Assembly (NCBI GenBank): GCA_029953675.1
Contig: JAMWBK010000002.1
Span: 2,976,001-3,040,000 of the forward strand
Length of the DNA stretch: 64,000 nucleotides
Source: Rhodosorus marinus CCMP1338
Taxonomy: Eukaryota > Plantae > Rhodophyta
Direction of reading: 5' to 3'
Below, in pieces: positions 13,038 to 23,481 of the stretch. The number at the start of each line of letters is the position of its first letter. Position 1 is the stretch's first letter. The translations under genes and the position numbers were made by a program. Under the pieces are notes generated by a model. That model did no database searches and was not told where the DNA came from. It saw nothing but the letters and a program-made list of their open reading frames with translations.

Positions 13038-15311
13038 TCACTTCCTAAGGCCAACCACGTTCACTCTCATATTCGATTGCAGCCGCATTTGGGCCCTGCG
13101 TGATAGGAGACACCCCTGGACGCCAAGAGTCTTGAGATTTGGCAGTTCTCGTAGCGACTGAGTAACGTCATCGTTAATTTTTGTATGACCAAGGTTCAAA
13201 GACTTCAACGACGGCAAGGCTAAACGTGCGAAACGAAGCTTAAGCGTTTTAGAAACAACAAAAATCCACGAGCAAGCAACATGTGTAACGACTTACCGGC
13301 GAGTTTTGCAACGCCCGCGTTTGAGATCTTATGATTCTGAGATATGTTCAGACTCTGAAGGTTCTTTAGATTACATATGTACTCCATAGCCGTGTTCGTT
13401 AGCGCCCCGCTACACACTTCCAAACTTTCAAGGCTCTGGGTGTTAGATATATACTTGATTCCAGTGTCCGTTATCCTCGCTCCGAACAAATCCAGCTCTC
13501 GCAACGAAGGCAGCCCAGCTATGTCCAATAAGCCTTCGTCAGATATGCTCCTTGTGTCTAGGTACAGAACCTCAAGATCTTTCATATCCCTTAGATGTTT
13601 CAACCCATGATTGGAAATGTTCGTGCAAGTCAGGATCAACGTCCGCAATCCCTTGCAATTGTCTATACCAGTAAGTCCCAAACTCGACGTTGCGGTGTCA
13701 GACAAATTCAAGTACTGGAGATCTTTCAACCCGATCATATGCTCAACCGCGAAGTCACCAATATTACAAGAATCCTGCAACGCAAAAGGAACAAAGGTCA
13801 GCAACCCAACCAAACGACGACTGGAGTTGGTGGGGTGGGGGGGAGTTGATCGTGGTTCGCGGAGCTTCAGACAACGTACCAGATTGAGGTAAGTCAACCT
13901 GACGCAATGTGAGACGAGGCTAACTACTCCCCTGTCCGACACTTTCGTGTAAGCTAGGTTCACCTGCTGTAGGTCTTTCAGTTCCTTAAGGAAACTAACG
14001 AAACTGTCTCGGACATTGCAGCAGCTCACGTCAAGGACGCGCAGGCTACTCATGCGCGACATCGACTCTCCCAGAAAGTCGTTAATGTCGGTTCCAGCCA
14101 TATTCAGGGTATGCAGGTAACGAAACTCTGTTGAAAAAGAAGAGCACACGCACTAGTTCTTAGCAAAACAACATTCCCCATCCACGTATTCTTTCTGCGC
14201 ATTGCAGCACTTACCCGGGAGGCTGTCAAAGAGCGCCGTTGTTGCCCCAGTTCTAGAAATATCCAGCTTGCGCAGAGATGCAAAAGACGATAGTACTTTT
14301 AGCCCCAAGTCCGTCAACAAGAAGCAGTGAGCAACACTGAACTCCCTCATCTTTTCCAAATCTGGAAAAAGATAGACCAGGATTTATTAGATCGATGAAT
14401 CTTTGCTCATTCTGGCTGACAATAGAGCGGCGTTGCAGCTCTTTCCACTTACTTCGCAAGGCCATCACCCCGTCGTCAGACAATTGGCAACATCTATCAA
14501 GAGACAGGCACGTCAGTTTTCTCATGCCAGCTACAGTCAGAAGGCCCCGACTAGTTATTTGCTTGCAAGCTGTCAAGTCTAGTTTTCGAAGCTCAGACAG
14601 CACACCAATGGCGTGCAGTCCGTCTGATGTTATGTTGATACATTGCCGCAAGCTGAGATTTGTGAGGTTTTGTCCCTGCGCGACATACTCCATTCCCTTG
14701 TCTGTTATCCCGAAACACCCGATGAGTTCTAGCTTGCGAAGACTACCATAAGGTAGATATTCAAGCCATTCATCAGTGACCTAAACAAGGTTCGTAGCTT
14801 CCATCAGCACCAGCAACCAACACCTAACCACAGCCCAGCTCAAAAAAATGCGAGCGGACCTGAACTTACGGGAATCCCAGAATGAAATGAGACGCTGGAT
14901 AAACGGGCGGTGGAGAAATTGCTCAACATTTGCAATGTGAGTGACTGAGTCTCGACGAAGGTCCTAAAAATTGCCCCCTTGAGATCCTCGGGCATTCGCT
15001 CCAAGAAAGTTGCAAGCTCATATTCTCCTGCAGAGGGGGAGAAATGTTTGCTCTGTTGAGTACTGATCAAGCAGGACAAAACTGCCAATCCGAGCGCAGG
15101 CCTCGGGAAAATGGAATTCCTGGGCATCCAGGCTATACTACTTACCAGCCTCTCCTGTAGCACAGCAAATCTTACGAAGGCATACATCCCGCAGGTTCAG
15201 GAAGCTGCCGCACTCAAGTGCATCCTCTTGTTTCCTAACCGGGTTTCTGAAAATCACCTCCCCATGAACCTTTTCAAGGTTCTTTCTCGTGCAGCTACAT
15301 GTTAGGCCCAT
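13038..15311 (-). CDS. Leucine-rich repeat (RNI-like) protein with an MGLTCS N-terminus, multi-exon
   Basis: Many LxxLxLxxC/T repeats in ORFs 13220-14149 and 14253-14693. First exon MGLTCSCTRK...NLRDVCLRKIC starts at ATG 15311 and splices at gctg|gtaag. Last exon ends ...VVGLRK* at 13038. Confidence 0.85.
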
Positions 15312-18110
15312 ATCGCACTCTCAGCAAACCCCTTCCCGGCAAACCTTCCAACCGGCCCAACTGCTGCTGCAAAAAAAACCTTCAGTCCCACGCAACGGAC
15401 TCCTCACCTACGCCCACCATTATTCCCCAAACTTCCAGAACTTCCCAATCCGCAAAAAACAAAACAGTCCGAAACCCTCTCCCGTCCCGCCCCGTCCCGT
15501 CCCCTCCCACTCCCAACAGCCCGTTGTTCCTCACAACTCAGTTGGTCCAAACATTTCCCCCTCCCTCCCCCTCCCCGCAACCCCCTTCAACAGGACTTGC
15601 GGATAACAACCTCCTCCTCTCCACAAGAAGAGAATGAACCTTCCCGCTCACCCCCGTCGGTGGTATACTACTCCTATCTCAAGCCTACAACCCCCTCAAA
15701 AAAAACCTGCCGAAAACTTCCCCAAGAGCTCTTTCCTACTTCATCTCCTTCGCACTTCCTCTTCTCATCTTCATGACTTCCTCTTCCACATTTTTTTGCA
15801 GAAAAACAAAACAAAACAGTGTTAAATGATTCCGAACACCCACCCCATGAAAATCAACTATCCGACCATTATTACTTGGGATTCTTTCTCGATACTCACT
15901 CCCCCCCCCTCGGGCAAGAAAAAACTCAACCCCTTACCTAATTTCTCTTTTCCATTTCACTAAATCCCACCCTCTTCTACAATTCTATCCATCTCCATAT
16001 TTCTTGTAATAATATATAAATTCGTGGGAATTGGATATTATGATATGCTTGGTTACGAGGGTAAGAGAATAGATTAAACATGAAAACAAAGATTATCTGT
16101 AGGGGGGATAGTTTTTGCGTACACATTGTCATATCGATATGATCTCATGATCACGCCAAAAAAAAAAGAAAACGAGCAGAAAAGGTAAAATCATCACCAA
16201 AAATGGTTTCCACGAAATATAATAACAAAATTTAGCATTTTTTCCCCTTCGGATACGCTCGGTTGGTCTTTTTCCTGTGGTTTGATTTGTTTTGCATAAT
16301 AATTGTAAGGATTAAGGCCTTCAGGGACCCAATCTGCCCCCTTTTTTTGTTTTAATATGGCGAAGGTTAACTACAAAAGACAAAATTTGGTTTGTTTTAT
16401 GGAATTTTTGTGAGATTTTCTTGAAATCTAACGTACTGAAGAAGATATGAACCGTTGATTGGTTTATTGGTGGGAGAACATTGATCTAAAAAAAGGGGTT
16501 GGGAAGCTGTTTGATGGAGCTGTAGTGGTTAGGGGGAATGATTACTATTACCCCCTCCCCCCTTATTCTCCCTCGTAAAAAGAGATAATCAAATATTATG
16601 AAGGTTTTAACTGGCAGTTACCATTTAAGAAGTTCATTCGTCGATTTCATATACCCCCCTTAAACTAGTTTCTGGTACTTGCTTGCTGCAAGAATTCGCA
16701 CCCTCATTTTTTTATATATCTTTAGTATATCAAAAAAATATACACATACATGGATGCATTCGATTGAGATTCCGTCAGGATGTTGATGTCATATATAATT
16801 AATGAAAGTAGCAAAAGTTCTTATCTACTCGATTCTGAAGCATTAGGGGGCCTTGTTTGCAGAATCGTAGAACATAGATTAATTATGTCGTTGTAATAGT
16901 TTTGTAATGATTCATTTTCCTGTTTGCTTGCGGGACTGGGTCTGGAAGCTTTTCTTCATAGATTCTGCTGTGGCGGTATGAAGGATGACTGGTATGGAGG
17001 GTGATTCTTATCAGATACTCTTTCCAACCTTTTGAGCTTGCTCGCTCCTTTGAGACGCGTCTGGATCTTCCAATCTCCTTGTTGGTTGAAGTATGTTTAC
17101 CCGAGTTGTGGACAACACGTAAACATGTCGAATGGTTGGTTTGGGAGGAATTCATGGTTTATGCGAGTATGCTACTTTCAGCCGAAGTGTTTCGTTGACG
17201 TGGTTGGAATGCCGTGCGTATGGGAGCTCTTACGCGACTGCCCATCCTGGCGGTAATCTCAACTGCAGTGGCAGGGAGGATCTGTAGAGGTGCTGCAGAG
17301 CAAATTGGTGGTCATTTGAAGGCCGGAGCAATCATTTAGGGACTTCTCTGGCCAGTCTCCTTTTACTGCGTTTCTCCGCACCGTTAAAAAGAGGCGCTCT
17401 GTGCCGCACAGCCGACAGCGTTTTGGCACACAGCCCATCGCAGCAGTACTGGTCCAATATGCTTACTGCTTTGCTTCGCAGACGGATCGCAAGAAGTCAA
17501 CGTCGCTGTCCTTGATCCCTCCCTTTTCTTGGTCCATTCTATACAGCGATCTATCTCTGCTTTCGTCCAACAACTGGGAGATCGTGAAACTCATCTGAGC
17601 GGTCGAGTTTCCGACCAGCTCTCATTTTACGGTTGAGTTCGGCACATGACTACTTCGGTAGTTGACATGAACCAACGAAACGCCACACCTAGTCCAGCAG
17701 ATGGGAACGCCACCCCGATTCAATTCAACTCCGGTGAACTTCTCAAACAGACCCAAGCCGGTGCTTTGGTAATAATATTGCACGAACGATATATCACCTC
17801 TCAAAGGCCTTGCAAGGCCCAAAGTCGGATGTTAGTGCTGTTGTGATCACTCTGTTTCTCGCTTTCCGAATACTCGAAGAACGTTGCCTTCACATAAAGA
17901 CAATCTGATCTCTAATGAGCGCTGCTTATCAACCTACGAAATTAGCGTCAGTTCGATCATAAGGACGGGTCAGCGGCCCGATTCACAGCTTGGAGGCAAA
18001 ACCAGTCATCGATGGATGAAGTTGGGGATTGCGCCGTTCAGCTCGACGATATTCCAGATGTGATCCTGAGGGACGGTGTCTGAAGCTTGACAACTGTTTT
18101 GATCATCTCT

Positions 18111-18985
18111 ATGGCGGGACGAGAGAATTGGATTCCTGGAGTGGCAGGTGATGTTGGTGCGCAGGTTCCTTTGGACATAGATCTGCGAAACATAATAGAA
18201 AGGACGGCGGAATATGTATTGAGGAACGGGCCTGAATTCGAGAGGATGACGATGGAGAAAAACGCGGAGAATCCAGCGTTTGGATTCCTGTTTCCATCTC
18301 ATCCTTACTATCCGTACTACCAGTCTGTAATCGCGAAGGCGAATGCCGGTGTTTATCCGCCTGCACCACCGGGCGTACACATGAACATGATGGGGACGGG
18401 TTCGGGTTCGAGCATGGTGCCACCGTATCAGTACGGCCAGCACCCTCCTACGTTTCCCCCTCCTCAATACTCAGGTGCCCCAGCGCCAGCCGTACCTCCA
18501 CCTGTGAATGCTGCCCTTCTTGCATCGGGTGAGCGACGTGCGCAAGCGACTGGTCTGCGTCAATCGCATGGTTACTGATATTTTTGTTTCCTATTCAAGG
18601 CTTGCCGGCCAGAACAATGCATGCTGATCGGTACCCACCCAGAGCATATGAAGACGACGCTCCAGCAGCAGAGCTGTCGGAGGTCGACCAGGTTGGCAAT
18701 CTTTTCGACCGGATTCCTATGGGGATCGTTGTGGATCACTACAAAAAAACTCCGGAGGGAGAGCGGGAGCCTTATGGCGCCATAAATCACAAAATTTTAT
18801 TAAGTGTAGGTTTCCCTTTCAACAGTTGTGCGTGAGAACAACCGCACCGAAGTTGACCATCGCCTCTCCATGTTGTCGAACGGCTAACGCAAAATCAGGA
18901 ATGGAGAGCTTCAAAAGCGGGAGATTCGCGGTCACCAGCACCCAGCGTTTCGGAAAAAGTTGATCTCTTCTATAGTCAGATATGA
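18111..18985 (+). CDS. SURP (SWAP) domain protein, CHERP-like, ~250 aa, 3 exons
   Basis: SURP motif LRNIIERTAEYVLRNGPEFE...FGFLF...YPYY. Exons 18111-18570, 18600-18805 and 18899-18985 keep frame. LFDRIPMG and KVDLFYS resemble the CHERP C-terminal conserved segment. Confidence 0.75.
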
Positions 18986-19213
18986 TGGCAAGCGGCATCC
19001 TAAAGAAGGGTTCCAATATGATCAAGTTTCGGGTAGGTAATAATCCTTGGAAGCTACCCGCTGGCTAGAAGAGCTTGAATACGACGATTTGGATCGGGAT
19101 GCTCAGCTGGTACGGAGATCGATTATTAGAGGCGATTCATCAGCGGATGTTGTGCTGGACTAGATCGAAACTCTTGCTTCCAAAGCAACGAGGGTCAGTC
19201 TCGTTCGTGCGGA

Positions 19214-20497
19214 CTATTGCGGATAGCTCGAGCCCTGTGAAACTGCGTCCTGCCTCCGCTTGCGAATGAAGTTTGATCGAAACTCGTCGAAGTTTCCAGC
19301 ACGAATGGATTCTCGGGCCGCCTTGAGGAATGAATTGTAGTTAAATAGGTTGTGAATACATATTAGCGTTTCCGCTAACATCTCCTGCACTCTCAAGAGA
19401 TGGTGCAGGTATCCCCGAGTGTGCTTGATGCATGCGTAGCAAGTGCATTTGTCGATGATCTGTTGACGCGAGAGCTCATGTTCTCCATCGTTGAGGTTCA
19501 CATGTTGTCCTGAGCCACAGAGATCATAGGCGCATCTTGAAAAAGGCTGCTGAGCAAAGGGTGCTGACCCGGGAAGAACCTTACCGGATTCTAGAGCAAG
19601 AGCAATACCGAATTCTGCAACATCGAAAGGATAGGAGCAGTCGAAAACATCAATCCCGAGTTCAATAGCGCGGAGGACCCGTTCGGGGCTCCCATCGCCA
19701 GTCAATATACGCGGCAACTCGTCTGGAAGTTCCACGACCGCTGCGGCGACCGCCGTCTCCCATTGATCTGGAGTCTCTCCGAAACCGAAACCAGAAATCA
19801 TGAACCCGCCTATGGCCCCCGTCGCAGCTCGTTCAGCGGTCTTTTTGGCGCTCAGCGATCGATACTCTGCCTCAAATCCACCCTGCACTACTCCGAGAAG
19901 TTGACCTTTGCAGCTGCTACGCCTTGAGATGGTTTCGTCGAGGAAACCAAGAGATCGCCACACGGAACTCTCATGTTGCTTCTTGGAGGCGTTGGGTGGG
20001 GCAGCAACTGACAGATGTTCGAAAAACTCGCAGCTCATTGCCTGCTGCAGCGCCAATAAATCATCCACGGTTACTTTCACCCTCTGCGTCTGTCCTCGAA
20101 GCTCTCCAACGATAAGGTCTTTCCTTGCGCCAACGTCGAACAGAAATTCCTGAGAGCCAGCCGCTCGAACAGAGAGGATCGTTGATCTACCTTTCAACGA
20201 ACAAAATCCATGTACGCCCTTACCATATTGGCTGATAACCTCTGCTCCACCTAGAGCATCATTCGCGTTGAAAACAGCAAAGTCCAAGAGGCTGATCTGT
20301 ACCAAGGCCTCACGTGAGGTCAACGGAAACAGTTCGTTCGTAACGTTGGGTAAACTCCCCTTCCGCGTCAAGACAAGTGCACACGGAGTATCCAAGACCT
20401 TCCTCCCCTGAAAGCCCTGCTCGCAGTTGTTGCTACACTTGATGGATCCGATCCTGGCCTTCCCGCTCCTGGCTTCCACGTGAAAGTTTCCTGACAT
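19214..20497 (-). CDS. QTRT2: Queuine tRNA-ribosyltransferase accessory subunit (TGT family, non-catalytic), intronless
   Basis: TPCALVLTRKGSLP, GVVQGG, GIDVFD and Zn site CTCYAC...HTRGYLHHLL. Lacks the catalytic DSGG and PVGT motifs of QTRT1. Confidence 0.9.
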   Translation of the reverse strand: MSGNFHVEARSGKARIGSIKCSNNCEQGFQGRKVLDTPCALVLTRKGSLPNVTNELFPLTSREALVQISLLDFAVFNANDALGGAEVISQYGKGVHGFCSLKGRSTILSVRAAGSQEFLFDVGARKDLIVGELRGQTQRVKVTVDDLLALQQAMSCEFFEHLSVAAPPNASKKQHESSVWRSLGFLDETISRRSSCKGQLLGVVQGGFEAEYRSLSAKKTAERAATGAIGGFMISGFGFGETPDQWETAVAAAVVELPDELPRILTGDGSPERVLRAIELGIDVFDCSYPFDVAEFGIALALESGKVLPGSAPFAQQPFSRCAYDLCGSGQHVNLNDGEHELSRQQIIDKCTCYACIKHTRGYLHHLLRVQEMLAETLICIHNLFNYNSFLKAARESIRAGNFDEFRSNFIRKRRQDAVSQGSSYPQ

Positions 20498-20882
20498 GTT
20501 CTTCACGTGTCAACGCGTCCTAGCCAAACTTCAGGACAACGTATATCCAGGTGATTTTATCGCGAACGATGAGCGGGGCTGGTACTTCCTCCACTTTCCC
20601 AACTTCTCCTGATCTACCCTCTCCAATGACTCAGAGAACTCGCGACGAACGTGATCAATCGAATAAAACCTAGTTGGTACTGTTGAGGAGTCTGGTGAGG
20701 TTGTATGTCTGCTCTTCGGAACAGCGCACGTGTAGGTGGATTCACCTCTCGGTGCATGTTTGAAAAGGTTTACGAAACCTTAACGAGAATCTAGCATTTG
20801 CTCTTCTGCTTTCAGCTGAAGTCTACTATCCGGAGGTAGAGGCGTGCTGGGCTTCGTGGCGGCGGCGGCGGTTTGAGTTTAG

Positions 20883-22628
20883 AATGAGGATGTAGTTGCG
20901 GAAGTATTGGCCAAGGAGACGGAAGATCTGGAGATTTCTGAGCCGCTGGCACACGTGAGTAGGTATGGCGTGAGTTCTTTCAACGTGTGACTTTTTAAGG
21001 AGTACCTATAGATGAGTTTGGCCTACGGGCTTCATCATTTGGTGTGGAGACTGATGCCTGTATTTGCCCCGCATCAAACGTAGGGCTCCCGTTAGAGGCT
21101 CTGAACGGATTCAGAGGCGTGAGAGGTGAGCAGCATTTAAAGGTCCTTGCTTTGAGTGTGTGGGTTGATGGGCGTGGGAGGGTCTCGAATGATGAAAAAA
21201 AGCGCAGCAAGGCCGCCGATAGCGGCAGAGCGGCATTAAGTTGTGTTGGGACGGGCTCCGCTTGGACGTCACAGGTCTGTAGAAGAAGGCCGAGGTCACG
21301 ACCTTGGCTTTGGAATGCTCGTCTAGGTGCTTTTTCTTTTTAGAAGGATGTCATCGACAGCGAATATTCCGAAAAGCCGGTTCGCAGAGCGGAATACTTT
21401 TCAGGTCAAACCGTCTTTGCATTGGGCTCATCCTCTCCAACTTTACCACACGTCGTTCTGTCGTTCGCCGATGAATAGCTTAAAGATTATGAGAGCTGAA
21501 AAAGACCGAGACTGCTTGCGAAAGTCGTGGCGCTTGCATGCTTCTTCCCCCGTTTGCGTGCATCTGAGTGTGTTCGTTGTTCTCTGGATTTTACAGGATC
21601 GCCGGTCGGAACTGTCGGAGAGCATCAAATTGATGTCAAGCACAGCGCTGCATCGAAGACTTCGATACTTTGATATTGGAGAGGAGCTCGTGCTCCCCGT
21701 CGTGCTTCAACCAAGCTTTAAGTTGAGTTCCGAGGCTCTCGACCTGTTGTTCGAATCTGCCACGTCAATAATTCTACAGTGGATCCAGGCCAAAGTGCAT
21801 TTGATCTGGGAGCCAGACTCCCACATTGCCACGGAGACCTTCCGATCGCCGGAATACCTCTACACTATGTGGATGGTTCCAACATCCCACAGTCACATGG
21901 TGTTGACTAAGATTGCAGCCGAGCCATCGTTCTATACTTCCAGAACAGCTTGTCCGAAGACTTTGATGGTCATTGCAGAGCGAAAGTCCAGCTTCGCAAC
22001 TCAGGCAGTTGGCATCAGTAAGCAGAACGAAGACAGTACTTAGCTTCCTCACGGAGAGAACCAAATGGCTCGCCAGCTGTAGAAGTCATTGTAGTGGTAT
22101 TGGTTGCCAACCCCCATGTGTGACCAATAAGACTCTTCGAATCGGTGGAAGCGCATGCTTATTCGTTGAATCGAAAGTGTAAGCCTTGCGCAACCTCGGT
22201 GTGTCAGTCAAGGTGGCGAAACGGATTGGGTCCTGTTGTTTGATGAGTGCGGTCGTTCTAGCGAACTGGACAACAAACGACTCCGGGCCGCCTCACTGCC
22301 GAAGGTGCCCCGCCTGGATACTGGGTGCTCGGTGGATGCAGCCCCTCAGTCAGTCATTGGGCCTGGTTCCACTACGCTAGAGGTCAAAATGAGCTCAATT
22401 TGTGCGAGTTCTGTTCAGCTAGCATTCGCGTACCTTCAACTCTATTCTTGGATGGACCAAGTCAACGGATGTTCGGCGCACAGTGCTCAGCACGCGGACG
22501 CCCTTGTGAAAAGCAACGATCGATGGTTGGTTTCCGTTCCGAGAAAGGATCCAGTACGAGAATCGCTCCTAAGGGTCTCTGGTCTACAAGTTAATAAAGC
22601 TGCTATCGCGAACCCAGTTGGAACATAG
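20883..22628 (+). CDS. Multi-exon hypothetical protein; true start not determined
   Basis: Long ORFs at 21327-22043 and 22236-22628, plus small candidate exons with canonical sites (gtttag|aatgag at 20883, ttttaag|gag at ~21001, tttacag|gat at ~21598). No family recognised. Confidence 0.55.
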
Positions 22629-23481
22629 CTCATAACATCAGGGGCTCAGCGCCCATGACCTTTCTTTCCGTTCCCAGAGTTTGCTCGATTTAGCCTAAGT
22701 CCCATCCTAGTCAATTCCAAAAAAAGCTATTTATACCAAAAACTTCTGAAACACATATTATTTAGTTTTCGAGAATCCTCATAATCTGGCCAATTTACGT
22801 CACATGGAATTGCCGAAAAACTAGAAGCCGGAAAATTGGAGCCAATTGGTAAGAGCTGATTAGGGGGTAGAATGAAATCAATCATTTGTTGTAAAAAAAC
22901 CCCTAGCTTAACCAAAAAGACCAATATGGAAAATTAAAGAATCTTTGTGGAGGGGGATCGGAGAGTTATCTAAATTTTTTCTTTTTCATTTGCATGCGAA
23001 GTTAGCAGAAAAAACGTCTTTTTTAGTATATAATGAAAGGAGGCTTATGGCAGTCTTTTTTTTTGAGAGGGGGGCGGGTGGAGGGGGTAATGATGGTAGG
23101 GGGCGGGGTTGGGGAAGGAAAGGAGAGTGGTTGCTTAGAGTGTTTGATTATACGATTTTTGAAGAATCAAGAAAGAAACGGTTTGTTGCTCTTAGGGTTT
23201 TTGGGTGGAAGGAATTTTGGACCGGATCGTTTGTTTTGTGTCTCTTCGCTTTTGCCTCGTCCCTTTTCCAAGAGGTGGAAAGGACCGAGTAGTGAGGGAG
23301 GGCGGATGTTGGCTAGGATGTACTAGGAGATCTAGGTCTGTTGATGGTTCGAATAAAGGGGGTCTGGATTGAGTATTTTACGGGTTAGTCGTTGGTGCAC
23401 CTGCGGGTTTGCATCGGGATTGTTGAGAAAGAGCTGCACCGCTTCGCAGGCCCTTTTGAGGGTGGGGAGTTGGTAATTTAA

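Noticed and set aside
15289-15825. Pro/Ser/Gln-rich + strand ORFs
   Set aside because: They are by-products of the C-rich block upstream of the minus-strand LRR gene, with no domain or splice support.
22945-23326. Gly/Phe-rich ORFs upstream of Nup98
   Set aside because: They translate the G/T-rich leader, start at non-ATG or weak codons and show no family motifs.
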